Notes: a model not told the origin generated them from the letters alone. A DNA stretch of 64,000 nt from Ignavibacteriota bacterium (GCA_003142475.1 PLMK01000042.1:131586-195585), one strand, 5' to 3'; shown: positions 1 through 10,525, counted from the stretch's first letter. Numbers and translations are program-made.

Positions 1-5
1 AGGAA

Positions 6-776
6 ATGGAGGAATACGAGCCTCATATTGTCAACGGCACGATCATCTATGCGGGTGTGGATTATGAAGCAATTTTGCGGGAAGCGGAAAAAGAAGCTGA
101 TGTAATTGTGTGGGATGGCGGTAACAACGATATGTCATTCTATCAACCTGATCTCACAATCACAGTTGCAGATCCGCATCGAGCAGGGCACGAAATATCT
201 TATTATCCCGGTGCAGTCAACATTCATCTCGCTGATGTTGTAATCATAAATAAAATTGATACATCATCCCGAATAAATATTGATATTGTTCGGAAGAACA
301 TCGTAAGCATCAATCCGAAAGCGATAATAATCGAAGCGGCGTCGCCTATAAGTGTGGAAAATGAATCCGTCATTCGGAATAAACGCGTCCTAGTGGTGGA
401 AGATGGCCCAACGCTGACACATGGCGAAATGACTTATGGAGCCGGTCACGTCGCGGCACGAAAGTACGGTGCAAAAGAGATTGTCGATCCGCGTCCGTGG
501 GTAGTCAATTCCATTGCTGAAACTTTTAAGAAATATCCACATATTGGAACGTTACTGCCGGCAATGGGGTATGGCGGAAAACAGATCAAAGATCTGGAAA
601 CGACTATCAACAGAGTTGAGTGCGATTCTGTCATTATCGGCACACCGATTGACCTCCGCCGCATCATCAAGATCAACAAGCCAAGCACGCGTATTTATTA
701 CGAGCTGGACGAAATTGCAAAACCGAATTTGAATGAGATTTTGACCGGCTTCATGAAAAAACACGGATTAAAATGA
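6..776 (+). CDS. Conserved hypothetical soluble protein, probably 5'-truncated by the window edge; family not recognised with confidence (weak resemblance to cyclic 2,3-diphosphoglycerate synthetase-like C-terminal regions)
   Basis: ORF is open to the window edge with no in-frame upstream stop; no TM segments or catalytic motifs identified; lies directly upstream of the carbamoyltransferase/carbamate kinase cluster. Confidence 0.35.
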   Translation: MEEYEPHIVNGTIIYAGVDYEAILREAEKEADVIVWDGGNNDMSFYQPDLTITVADPHRAGHEISYYPGAVNIHLADVVIINKIDTSSRINIDIVRKNIVSINPKAIIIEAASPISVENESVIRNKRVLVVEDGPTLTHGEMTYGAGHVAARKYGAKEIVDPRPWVVNSIAETFKKYPHIGTLLPAMGYGGKQIKDLETTINRVECDSVIIGTPIDLRRIIKINKPSTRIYYELDEIAKPNLNEILTGFMKKHGLK

Positions 777-836
777 ATTTTTGCACGGATATAATATATT
801 ATATCCCTGCAGGTTTAATAAAATGGAGAATAATTT

Positions 837-1850
837 ATGAAACGAGATTTTCTCACTATCGCCGATTGGTCGGAGAAAGAGTTGCTCCAAATCCTCGACT
901 TGTCGAAGAAAATGAAAGCTAATCCTAAAAAATTTGCTAAGTCGTTGGAAGGCAAATCGGTTGCTTTGATTTTTGAGAAGCAATCGCTTCGTACTCACGT
1001 CACGTTTGAAATCGGCATCAAGCAACTCGGTGCCAATACTGTTTATCTCTCAAATGCAGATATCAGCCTTGGTAAACGCGAATCTATTTATGATACGGCA
1101 AAAAACTTAGAACGCTGGGTTGATGCAATTGTAATCCGAACATTTGCTCATAAAAATGTTACAGATCTCGCACGACATGCAGGTTCATGCATTGTAAATG
1201 CACTTACAGATTTTGAACACCCTTGTCAGGCGGTTGGAGATTTTCTCACCATTCAAGAGCATCTTGGCTCTTTCAAGGGAAAAAAGTTCGCGTGGGTTGG
1301 CGATGGAAACAATGTATGCCATTCGCTTATGCTATTGGCGGCAAAAGTTGGAATGAATTTTACTGCTGTTACCCCCGCTGGGCTTCTACCGGATACAAAC
1401 ATCGTAAATCTTGCCAAAGAAATTGCCGCACCGACTGGCGCGAGAATCGAACTCTCAACAAATCCACCTGAAGGTGTGCGCGATGCAGATGTTATATACA
1501 CAGACGTATGGGTTAGTATGGGACAAGAGGCTGACCGTGAAATAAAGATGAAAGCATTTTCTGGATTTCAATTAAACGCAGAATTGATGAAGAATGCAAA
1601 ACCGACTGCCGTCTTTATGCATTGCTTGCCGGCGCATCGCGGAGAAGAAGTAACTGATGAAGTGATGGACTCACCTCAGTCCATTGTGTTCGATGAAGCA
1701 GAGAATCGACTTCACACACAAAAGGCAATTATCTATACGTTGTTGAAGGGACAGAGTCGTGAAAAACTCAATACTGGTAGCGGTCGGCGGAAACTCACTC
1801 ATTCGCGCGGGACAACGCGGAACAATAGCCGAACAGCGCGAAAACGTTAG
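837..1850 (+). CDS. argF: Ornithine carbamoyltransferase (OTCase); the 3' end reads about 30 codons past the expected stop into the carbamate kinase gene
   Basis: STRTR carbamoyl-phosphate motif (QSLRTHVTFE), HPCQ, HCLP ornithine-binding motif (FMHCLPAHRGEEV), C-terminal ENRLHTQKAI; Arg/Lys-rich tail after YTLLKGQ looks like out-of-frame translation. Confidence 0.85.
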   Translation: MKRDFLTIADWSEKELLQILDLSKKMKANPKKFAKSLEGKSVALIFEKQSLRTHVTFEIGIKQLGANTVYLSNADISLGKRESIYDTAKNLERWVDAIVIRTFAHKNVTDLARHAGSCIVNALTDFEHPCQAVGDFLTIQEHLGSFKGKKFAWVGDGNNVCHSLMLLAAKVGMNFTAVTPAGLLPDTNIVNLAKEIAAPTGARIELSTNPPEGVRDADVIYTDVWVSMGQEADREIKMKAFSGFQLNAELMKNAKPTAVFMHCLPAHRGEEVTDEVMDSPQSIVFDEAENRLHTQKAIIYTLLKGQSREKLNTGSGRRKLTHSRGTTRNNSRTARKR

Positions 1851-2697
1851 GATCACTGCTGAGTTTATAGCTGGAATTGCTGCGCGTGGATATTCGCTTG
1901 TTGTCACGCATGGGAACGGTCCGCAAGTCGGTGCACAGTTATTGCGCTCAGAAGCCGGTTCTTCTCAAACATACACGCTTCCGCTGGATATCTGTGTCGC
2001 AATGACGCAAGGTGAGATCGGTTTCGCGTTACAAAATTCCATGCAGATGACGTTTCGGAAACATGGAATCAATCGTCCGGTAGTTACTGTAGTAACACAA
2101 GTGGTCGTTGACAAGAACGATCCAGCATTCCAGCGTCCAACTAAACCGATCGGCCCGTTTTATTCCAAAGAAACTGCTGAACGTAAACGAAAAGAGTTAG
2201 GGTGGAGTATTATTGAAGATGCCGCTCGCGGCTATCGGCGCGTTGTTGCCTCACCTCTTCCGAAAGATATCGTCGAACTTGAAGTGATCAAAGGCTGTCT
2301 TGAACGCGACATCATCGTTGTTGCGGTTGGCGGCGGCGGTATTCCTGTGACTTTTGACGATGGTGAATTGAAAGGCATTGAAGCAGTGATCGATAAAGAC
2401 CGTGCATCCGCTTTGCTTGCTGCGAAATTAGGTATCGAACATTTTATCATTTCCACTGAAGTCCCGGAAGTATACATTAATTACAAGAGACCGAATCAGC
2501 AAAAATTATGTAGCATTACAATGGTGGAAGCAAAAAAACATTTTGCCGATGGACAGTTTAGCGAAGGAAGTATGAAACCAAAGATTGAAGCCGCCATGGA
2601 TTTTCTCAACAACGGCGGTAAAATGGTTACTATCACCGATCCGGAACATCTGATCGCCGCACTCGATGGCGAAGCAGGAACAAGAATAACAAAATAA
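1759..2697 (+). CDS. arcC: Carbamate kinase
   Basis: GTG start; N-terminus MKNSILVAVGGNSL typical of the carbamate kinase / amino-acid kinase family; about 310 aa; glycine-rich VAVGGGGIPV loop. Confidence 0.9.
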   Translation: MKNSILVAVGGNSLIRAGQRGTIAEQRENVRITAEFIAGIAARGYSLVVTHGNGPQVGAQLLRSEAGSSQTYTLPLDICVAMTQGEIGFALQNSMQMTFRKHGINRPVVTVVTQVVVDKNDPAFQRPTKPIGPFYSKETAERKRKELGWSIIEDAARGYRRVVASPLPKDIVELEVIKGCLERDIIVVAVGGGGIPVTFDDGELKGIEAVIDKDRASALLAAKLGIEHFIISTEVPEVYINYKRPNQQKLCSITMVEAKKHFADGQFSEGSMKPKIEAAMDFLNNGGKMVTITDPEHLIAALDGEAGTRITK

Positions 2698-2745
2698 ACA
2701 TTGTAGGGGTGAGTTCTCCTCGCCCATACAAAGCTAAATCAAGGA

Positions 2746-3669
2746 ATGACCATGAAGCTTCAACATATTATAGAATCCCAACAATTTACACTTCCAATGC
2801 TGAATGAATTGTTTAGTCTGGCAGATCAAATGGGAAGTATCGTCATACGCGGCGGTACATTAGATTACCAGCACAAAATTATGGCATCGCTGTTTTATGA
2901 GCCGTCAACTCGGACACGATTCTCATTTGAGTCAGCAATGCTGCGGCTTGGCGGTAAGATCATGTCCACTGAACGTGCACAGGATTTTTCTTCTGTCTCG
3001 TACGGTGAATCGCTGGAAGATACTATCCGCGTGGTCGGTAATTACGCAGATGTGATCGTTTTACGCCACAATCAAATTGGCGGTGTCAAACGGGCTGCGG
3101 CAATATCAACGACTCCGATTATCAATGCCGGCGATGGCAAAGGCGGCCAACATCCGACACAAGCATTGCTTGATCTATTTACCATCTACAAAGAAATTAA
3201 AACTATTGATGGAGTTAAAGTTGCTCTCGTTGGGAATCTATTAGATGGGCGAACGGTTCGTTCGCTTGCCTATTTACTTGGAAAATACGAACGTGTAAAA
3301 ATCTATTTCGTTGCCCCGCCAACACTCCAGATGAAACAAGATATTCTCGATTATTTGAACCGTCATAATGTTTGGTACACCTTGGAAAGCGACTTCAATA
3401 AAATTTTACCCGAAGTTGATGTCGTGTATATGACACGCATCGAAGAAGAAAAAATTCCAGCTGCTTCAATAGAAAGACCATTCAAGCGTTATTTCATCGA
3501 TGAAGAGGTAATGCGGCTCATGCAATCCAATGCAATTCTCATGCACCCATTACCGCGGCTCAACGAAATTTCACCGATAATAGATGCCGATCCTCGTGCA
3601 GCGTACTTCCGCCAGACCAAGAATGGTGTTTTAATACGAATGGCTCTCTTGGTTTCTGTGTTGGATTGA
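2746..3669 (+). CDS. pyrB: Aspartate carbamoyltransferase catalytic subunit
   Basis: STRTR motif (YEPSTRTRFSFE), HPTQALLD, HPLP (not the HCLP of OTCases), about 307 aa. Confidence 0.8.
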   Translation: MTMKLQHIIESQQFTLPMLNELFSLADQMGSIVIRGGTLDYQHKIMASLFYEPSTRTRFSFESAMLRLGGKIMSTERAQDFSSVSYGESLEDTIRVVGNYADVIVLRHNQIGGVKRAAAISTTPIINAGDGKGGQHPTQALLDLFTIYKEIKTIDGVKVALVGNLLDGRTVRSLAYLLGKYERVKIYFVAPPTLQMKQDILDYLNRHNVWYTLESDFNKILPEVDVVYMTRIEEEKIPAASIERPFKRYFIDEEVMRLMQSNAILMHPLPRLNEISPIIDADPRAAYFRQTKNGVLIRMALLVSVLD

Positions 3670-6213
3670 AGAGTGATGTAGTCGTTTTCTGGATTTCCCT
3701 CTTCCATTTTTACTTTTCACAACAACCATGGTTACATCGTCATGCTGTTCGGAGGAGCCGCGAAACTTTTCTACTTTTGTCAGAATTGCATGCTGAATAC
3801 TTTCTGCGGATAAATGCCGCTTCGTCTTCAACAAATCAACGATGGCTTTTTCTCCCAATTGCTGTTTTCCTTCATTCATTGCCTCAGTAATGCCATCCGT
3901 GTAGAAGAGAAAGAGACTATCTGGCTTGATTGGCATTCTTATTTCTTCTATCGTGTCTTCGAACACCGGACCGCGCTCCAATCCCAATCCAATACCGCCG
4001 CCTTCAATGAATCTAATTTTTCCATTCGCGTTAAAAAGTGCTTTATTATGTCCGGCTCTGCAAATACGCACTTCTTTCTTCTTCATATCGAATAACGCTA
4101 GAATCATCGTGATAAATGATCTGCGATCCATACCATCAAAAATGCGCCGGTTAATATTTGTAAGCATTTCTTTCGGCGTGCTGTAAATATGCGCCGCGAG
4201 CTGGACCATTCCCTGAACCTTCGACATATACAACGCGGCAGACATTCCTTTGCCGGAGACATCTGCAACAACAGCAAGAATTTTATTTGGACTCAATTGA
4301 ATGAAGTCATAGTAGTCGCCTCCAACACTCAATGCAGGCACCGACACACCAGAAATATCGAGACCGGAAATTTCTGGATTCTTTTTTGGAAATAATCCTT
4401 GCTGAATTTTTCGTGCGAGATCCAACTCTTCTTTGACACGCTGCTGATCGATTTCCGACTTATGCAGGCGCGAGTTTTCGATAGCAATGGCGGCTTGTCC
4501 AGCAACGGTCGCCAGCAAGTTGATATCTTCCTGCGAATACACTTTACCGGACATTTTAGGTCCAACATTAATGAATCCTACTAATCGATCCTGCAGAAAC
4601 ATTGGTACAGTTAGAACAACACCGGCGTGCAGTAGTTTTTGTTTTTCTTCTTCCCGTAAATCGGTGCTATCGTACTCATCATCAAGTAAGTGGAGGTCTA
4701 TCGGTTTGCGTGTCTTCTGTAAAAGTGCCATCAGTGTATGGTCACCGTCGCCAAACATACAATCTGCTTGATCCAAATTCTGTGAAGCCGAATTGCATCC
4801 TTCTTTCTCTCCACAAATGAACACAGATATTTTTTCAATATGCATTGTTGAAGAGAGGCGTGAAACAATCGAGTTGAGGATGTGTTCCATTTCCATCAAG
4901 CGCGGAAGTTCCTGTGTAAATTCCAACAAGGCCTGCTGGTAATCGTACCGTTCATGGAAAAATATCCTGTCAATCCCGTTCTGAAAACGCTGTTTAACAG
5001 GATCAAAAATAAAAGCGACCACAATAAGCGATACAATAATGAACAATTGATTATCCTGCGCACCAAAAAAGTAATTTACAAGCGTACCAATCCCATAGAC
5101 AGAGACAAAATAAATAGCAGCCAATGCTGCTGTAACAGTTCCATAAATTAAACTGCGGCGAATAACAACATCGACATCCATTAATCGATGACGAAAGATG
5201 GCATATCCAAAAAACATCGGTACAACAACGAGAAGCATCATCGGCAGGAGAATTATGGGATTGAGAAATGCGATAAATTGAAAAAATGTCTGTGCTACAA
5301 GTGCGTAGGCAAATATAATCAAACCAATGGCGACCCCTATCAGCACTGGACGGAGCTGCACACGTTGCTCTTTGGGGACGATGACGAAGTAACTTCGGAC
5401 AAATAAAACAAACCCGGTAAAGAAAAAGATATAGCGAGTTAAAAAGAAAACAACCGTAATCCATTGGGGTCCACGTATTATTATACCATTTACTATCATC
5501 CCGACGAGCGCTAGAAAACTTATACTATACAAAATTATTGTGAGCATCCGGCTCTTGTGTCCTTTTCGTTTCATAGGGAAAAAGAGAAAAAAGCGTATCA
5601 GCGGTGGAGGCGCAGCGATAGAAGTAAAAATGAACATAAACCCGAGTAGCGCAACTCGCCAGGATGGATCAGTTAAAGGACTAATATTAAATGCTGAGAA
5701 CCCGAAAAAGAGCATCAAATAGATACTGTAATGGGCAAACATACGTTGGATTTTTCCCAATGGCTTGACGATAACAACTACATATCCAACAAATAAAAAT
5801 CCAAATCCAAATAAGAATTGACCTAAATATCCAAGATTGATGTATTTGAGGATGAGAACCCGCACATCGAACTGTGTTCCATTCCTTTCAATCGTATATA
5901 TCGCATACGACCCGACAAGCTTATTAATCATGAGTTGTGCATCATTTGATGTTTTGAAGTTCTTCCCATCAATTTTTACAAGGAAATCGCCATCCTTGAT
6001 CCCTGCCTGTTCGGTTACACCACCACTTATAATATTTCTTATGAGGAGCCTTGAGGTATCTTTATCAATCCAAAAGCATTGGTCATTGCCGGTAACACGT
6101 TCGAACATTTGAATCGAAAAATTGAGAAGACAGAGTCCCAACACGATCAAGGTTAATAGAGTATAGATAATCCTGATTGAACGCTGTGATAATTTGGAGA
6201 ATGGATTTGTCAT
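3631..6213 (-). CDS. Membrane sensor protein: N-terminal TM + PDZ domain, 7-8 TM segments, GAF-like region and C-terminal PP2C/SpoIIE-type Ser/Thr phosphatase
   Basis: PDZ-like GIKDGDFLVKIDG; long hydrophobic block; C-terminal PP2C motifs GDYYDF...AVVADVSGKGMSAALYMS...FLFYTDGITEA. Confidence 0.75.
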   Translation of the reverse strand: MTNPFSKLSQRSIRIIYTLLTLIVLGLCLLNFSIQMFERVTGNDQCFWIDKDTSRLLIRNIISGGVTEQAGIKDGDFLVKIDGKNFKTSNDAQLMINKLVGSYAIYTIERNGTQFDVRVLILKYINLGYLGQFLFGFGFLFVGYVVVIVKPLGKIQRMFAHYSIYLMLFFGFSAFNISPLTDPSWRVALLGFMFIFTSIAAPPPLIRFFLFFPMKRKGHKSRMLTIILYSISFLALVGMIVNGIIIRGPQWITVVFFLTRYIFFFTGFVLFVRSYFVIVPKEQRVQLRPVLIGVAIGLIIFAYALVAQTFFQFIAFLNPIILLPMMLLVVVPMFFGYAIFRHRLMDVDVVIRRSLIYGTVTAALAAIYFVSVYGIGTLVNYFFGAQDNQLFIIVSLIVVAFIFDPVKQRFQNGIDRIFFHERYDYQQALLEFTQELPRLMEMEHILNSIVSRLSSTMHIEKISVFICGEKEGCNSASQNLDQADCMFGDGDHTLMALLQKTRKPIDLHLLDDEYDSTDLREEEKQKLLHAGVVLTVPMFLQDRLVGFINVGPKMSGKVYSQEDINLLATVAGQAAIAIENSRLHKSEIDQQRVKEELDLARKIQQGLFPKKNPEISGLDISGVSVPALSVGGDYYDFIQLSPNKILAVVADVSGKGMSAALYMSKVQGMVQLAAHIYSTPKEMLTNINRRIFDGMDRRSFITMILALFDMKKKEVRICRAGHNKALFNANGKIRFIEGGGIGLGLERGPVFEDTIEEIRMPIKPDSLFLFYTDGITEAMNEGKQQLGEKAIVDLLKTKRHLSAESIQHAILTKVEKFRGSSEQHDDVTMVVVKSKNGRGKSRKRLHHSSIQHRNQESHSY

Positions 6214-6358
6214 GGATATTCTCGCTATATGTCAACCAACGGTTAGTAAGTTGTTATCCCTCTTACTCTTCTTTAGAGATACGAAATAGTAAAACAATAA
6301 GTTACTATATTATTACATACACGATAGGAATTAGAAATTTCTTTTCATTCCGCAGTAA

Positions 6359-9166
6359 TCAATTTCGCACAACGCCGGCAATAGGATAACCTATGCTGAA
6401 GTACAAGACAAAAGGTCCAAAGCTCACCGGATGATGCAACAAATCAGTGCGGAGATAAAAACTTCGGCCCAAAGAAAAATCCGCAGGACCAATCGGCGTA
6501 TCTAACCCGAGCGTAACGCCAATGCCATGTTTAAAATCCTCTAAGCGCATTTCTTCCGCCTTCGTCCATACAGCTCCCAAGTCGTAACGCGCTTTAAAGT
6601 ATGTATCGAAGAAAATCGAGAATGGAAGTTTGTACTGGTATTCCAGACTCGCTACCATCAACTGTTTACCGCGCGCATTGTCTTCACGAAATCCAAAGAA
6701 ATTTTCCTGCCCACCAAGCGAGAATTCCTCGCTAAAAGGTAGGGTCTCATCCGCAACACCAATCATAATCCGTGGATGAAGCGTATGATTCTTGATGATG
6801 GTCTGATATCTTTCGTATGAGAAAAACATTTTTGTAAATCCAACAGCATTTACTAATTTTATTAATGCCGATTCATAGGAAAAATCTATAACGATGCCAT
6901 CGGTAGGGTACGGCAATTTATCTTGTGTGTCTACATTCGTTCCAAATCGGATAGATGAAATATTGTATTCTTGATTTGTCAAAGGTTGGTTGTCGATGTT
7001 AAACGTCTGGTTGTAGATGTTATATACTCTGTGCCGTTCCAATCTTCCTTCAATTGTAACGCTTCCTAACCGCTCGAGTTGTGTTCCAAAACTCGCTGAG
7101 CCGCCTTCACGCACTTCTCGATATTCGCCGACTTTTTCACGCTCAAACAGATATGGATCGCTTGATTGCACATCATTATAGACATTTATATCGCGACTGA
7201 GAGAATATCCTTTTAAGCTGAACGTTAAGTAGGAATTGAAGATTCTGATCGCTTTCAATTCTCCAAGATAGGTTTGATTATTAGTCCCTCCACCAATCAG
7301 CAAGCCGATTTCTGCGCCAGCGCCGAATAAATTTTCATTTCGAATATCGATCGATGGCTGGATATTACGTTCATTATCCACACGCAAGCCGAAACGAATC
7401 AATTCTGTACTTCTCTCTCGCGCTTTGATAGTAGTAATATTGAATTTTCCTGTGCTGTCTTCATGATGAGTCGTAACAAGGATCTGTTCAAATAGACTTG
7501 TGCCATAGAGATTTGAAATTCCTTTGGCTACTTTAGAAATATTGAAGAGGCTTGGCGCTTTAAAAGGCAGTTCGCGCCAAATAATCCAATCACGGGACTT
7601 TTTTGTGCCGGTAATATCAATGCGATAAATTGTGCCTTCATCAAGCATAACAGTGGCTGTGGCTGATAAAGAATCGAATGTAATATCGGTTACACGGGCA
7701 AGTGAATAACCGGCAGTACGGTAAATTGTAAGCAAACGTTCAATAGCTCGCTCCACTGAATTCAGGTTTAGATAATTGCCGAGCATGGGCTGAAACACAG
7801 TAAGCAGTGTATCGCAACTAAAAACCTGATTGCCTGAAATTTTAACATTACGAAGAATGAGATTATATATGCTATGGATTTCAATGATCGTAGAATCGGC
7901 GTACTGTTCTACAATTCCTTCCACAGAGGCGTACTCGCCTTTGCTGTACAAATCGTTCACGAAACGGTGCAGGTCTATCTCTGTTATCCAACCGCGCTTC
8001 TCGTACGTCTGAAGACTATCTTGAAATGCCGACGGCAATGAGCCTGACCAAGAAAACCGAGGCGACTTGAATTGCATGGTACTATCCGCGCGAGACAACC
8101 TGAGCGTGCGATCTTCCACAAGTTTTTTCAGTGTGGGAATTAATTCTTCAGCAGAAAGTTCCCCCGCAGTAATCAATGAATCAATACCAGTAAAATCAGA
8201 AGCCAGATGATCACCTAATCTCGGTGTAATAACAATATCTGCTTTTGCTCGCGAAAGTTTATTTGCCTCTTGCATCATAATAGTGGTAATCTGATCTGCA
8301 ATTTCCCAAGGCGCATTGAGTTTGCTCTTTGGCCTTAGCGGACTTACCATATCAACAGCAATAACAATATTTGCTTTTTCTGCAATAGCGACATCCACTG
8401 GAAGATTATCTACCAATCCTCCGTCAAGGAGTTGCATAGAATCGCGTGGCACACTACTGAATAACAATGGTATTGCCATGCTAGCACGCAACGCTTCCGT
8501 CATATCGCCGCTTTCTATTACGATCCTTTTTCCTGTAACAAGATCTGTTGTAACGGCACGGAATGGAATACGAAGATCATTAAAACTAGGATCGGGATGG
8601 TAGATTCCCTGCAGTGTAAGGAGGTTGAGATAATTTGATAATCGTCGGCCTGTAGAAAACGCTTGCGGAATAACCGGCTCTAGACCTTCAAAACGCAATA
8701 CAAGAACGCTCTTGTCGCGCGCAATTTTTTGATCGAAAAAAAGATCACGGCGTTTCGATTCGTCACTGTAACTTAGAAGATCATCCCAATTTGTCGTATC
8801 TACTAAGCTTTGAAGTTGATCGGTTGAGTATCCCATCGCGTACAAACCGCCTATTACACTGCCTATGCTTGTGCCAACAATCAAATCAATAGGAATATCG
8901 TTACGTTCTATAATTCGCAGTACACCAATGGCGGCGATCCCGCGTGCGCCACCGCCGCTGAGCACTAGTGCAACGCGCGGCCGCCGTACCGAATGGACGG
9001 AATTCAATTTAGAATATCGTGACTTCACTTCACGAATATCCGGCTTGATTATGGTTATTCGAGGCTGCGGTGTGGCAATGCCTTGCGCACACGCCAAAAT
9101 CGGCAGAACTGCGAATAAAACAAGGACTATACGAAATATTTGTTGACGCACAGGGATAGGTACCAA
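6359..9166 (-). CDS. Patatin-like phospholipase fused to POTRA + Omp85/BamA-type beta-barrel (PlpD-like type Vd autotransporter)
   Basis: Signal peptide; patatin motifs LSGGGARG, GTSIGS (GxSxG) and DGGLVDNLP (catalytic Asp); C-terminal half beta-rich with surface-antigen (D15)-like terminus. Confidence 0.8.
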   Translation of the reverse strand: MVPIPVRQQIFRIVLVLFAVLPILACAQGIATPQPRITIIKPDIREVKSRYSKLNSVHSVRRPRVALVLSGGGARGIAAIGVLRIIERNDIPIDLIVGTSIGSVIGGLYAMGYSTDQLQSLVDTTNWDDLLSYSDESKRRDLFFDQKIARDKSVLVLRFEGLEPVIPQAFSTGRRLSNYLNLLTLQGIYHPDPSFNDLRIPFRAVTTDLVTGKRIVIESGDMTEALRASMAIPLLFSSVPRDSMQLLDGGLVDNLPVDVAIAEKANIVIAVDMVSPLRPKSKLNAPWEIADQITTIMMQEANKLSRAKADIVITPRLGDHLASDFTGIDSLITAGELSAEELIPTLKKLVEDRTLRLSRADSTMQFKSPRFSWSGSLPSAFQDSLQTYEKRGWITEIDLHRFVNDLYSKGEYASVEGIVEQYADSTIIEIHSIYNLILRNVKISGNQVFSCDTLLTVFQPMLGNYLNLNSVERAIERLLTIYRTAGYSLARVTDITFDSLSATATVMLDEGTIYRIDITGTKKSRDWIIWRELPFKAPSLFNISKVAKGISNLYGTSLFEQILVTTHHEDSTGKFNITTIKARERSTELIRFGLRVDNERNIQPSIDIRNENLFGAGAEIGLLIGGGTNNQTYLGELKAIRIFNSYLTFSLKGYSLSRDINVYNDVQSSDPYLFEREKVGEYREVREGGSASFGTQLERLGSVTIEGRLERHRVYNIYNQTFNIDNQPLTNQEYNISSIRFGTNVDTQDKLPYPTDGIVIDFSYESALIKLVNAVGFTKMFFSYERYQTIIKNHTLHPRIMIGVADETLPFSEEFSLGGQENFFGFREDNARGKQLMVASLEYQYKLPFSIFFDTYFKARYDLGAVWTKAEEMRLEDFKHGIGVTLGLDTPIGPADFSLGRSFYLRTDLLHHPVSFGPFVLYFSIGYPIAGVVRN

Positions 9167-9293
9167 ATAATTTTGTATGAAAGATTACCAAAAAATACGT
9201 CGAATTGCAACGGAAGATCTATTGAAAAGTGATAATACAAAGAGAATAAATAGCGCTGTAAATGCCTTTAGCGGATCTTTAGTTTTTTATTCT

Positions 9294-9494
9294 TCACTTT
9301 GCTCCCGGTCCGCGCAGAATTCTTGCAGGTAGCATGATTAACGTTGAAAGGAAAGCAAAAAGCCCATTCATCGTTAGACCAATGATGCGAAACGGAAGCA
9401 TCAGAAACCAAACGATTGGATATAACACTAGCGCAAGCAACGCCAACGGCCAACATAGAAAAAGAAGAATGATCCAAAGAATAAACGTGAACAT
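9294..9494 (-). CDS. Small hydrophobic membrane protein (YccF/PLDc_N-like), 66 aa
   Basis: Two predicted TM helices, Trp/Pro-rich; preferred over the overlapping 9268..9549 ORF, which has an unusual composition. Confidence 0.4.
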   Translation of the reverse strand: MFTFILWIILLFLCWPLALLALVLYPIVWFLMLPFRIIGLTMNGLFAFLSTLIMLPARILRGPGAK

Positions 9495-9715
9495 TTATAC
9501 CTCCTTTTGATATTCTCTCTATACGGAAAACATGCCAATCAGGTTGCAAATCATTAGCCGACTATTACATCTTGGCGTATTTGCATGGAAACGGTTTCTT
9601 TATTTTCATTACCAACTCTATTATTAGATACTAACTGAGTGGTTTGCTTGGACAGGCAAAAAACATTATATTTTTTCGCAACCAATCACTCGTCATGAAA
9701 GACAGATGAACCATT

Positions 9716-10525
9716 GTGGCTAAAATAATTGTCGTAGCTAATCAAAAAGGAGGCGTTGGCAAAACAACGACCGCTATTAATCTGGCAGCTTCATTAGCTG
9801 CAGCGGAGAAGCGAGTTCTGTTGGTTGATAATGACCCACAGGCAAACGCCACAAGCGGCGTCGGCTCAGCGGGTATCGATGGAAAAACAATTTACGAAGT
9901 ACTTGTTGGAGAAGTAGAAGCAGCGGATGCAATTCAACCGACACAAATGCCTTACCTATCTGTTCTTCCATCACATATCAATCTTGTCGGTGCTGAAATT
10001 GAAATGGTAGAGATGCAGAATCGAGAACACCTGCTCACGAACGCTCTTTTACCAGTACGTGAACGCTTCGACTTTATAGTTGTAGATTGTCCGCCCTCAC
10101 TTGGCTTGTTGACTCTCAATGCTTTAACGGCAGCTGATTCTGTTCTCATTCCTGTTCAATGCGAATACTTTGCATTGGAAGGACTCGGTCAGCTGTTCAA
10201 CACTATCAACATGGTCAAGAAAACGCTGAATCCCAATTTAGATATCGAAGGGGTATTGCTGACAATGTTCGATTCACGCCTCAGGCTCTCAAATCAAATT
10301 GTTGAAGAAGTGAAACGTTACTTCGGCGATAAAGTTTTCGCCACAATTGTTTCACGCAATATCCGATTAAGTGAAGCGCCAAGTTTCGGTAAGCCGATTA
10401 TTCTTTATGATGCAATTTGCATTGGCACACGAAATTACATGGAACTGGCGAAAGAAGTATTAAAGAACAACAAGTTCTTTGCCATTGAACCTCTGTTACA
10501 TGAAAAAACTTTCATCGGGCCATAA
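9716..10525 (+). CDS. parA: Chromosome partitioning ATPase ParA/Soj
   Basis: GTG start; deviant Walker [16 protein letters not shown]; MinD/ParA family length. Confidence 0.9.
   Translation: MAKIIVVANQKGGVGKTTTAINLAASLAAAEKRVLLVDNDPQANATSGVGSAGIDGKTIYEVLVGEVEAADAIQPTQMPYLSVLPSHINLVGAEIEMVEMQNREHLLTNALLPVRERFDFIVVDCPPSLGLLTLNALTAADSVLIPVQCEYFALEGLGQLFNTINMVKKTLNPNLDIEGVLLTMFDSRLRLSNQIVEEVKRYFGDKVFATIVSRNIRLSEAPSFGKPIILYDAICIGTRNYMELAKEVLKNNKFFAIEPLLHEKTFIGP

Noticed and set aside
446-5464. Numerous 60-140 aa ORFs antisense to or embedded in the large genes (e.g. 446..688-, 4329..4568-, 5051..5464-)
   Set aside because: These are typical shadow ORFs within well-supported long CDSs, with no independent homology or start signals.
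9268-9549. 93-aa ORF overlapping the 66-aa small membrane protein ORF
   Set aside because: It is in a different frame on the same strand. The 66-aa ORF has a coherent two-helix hydrophobic profile whereas this one does not, so only one of them can be real.
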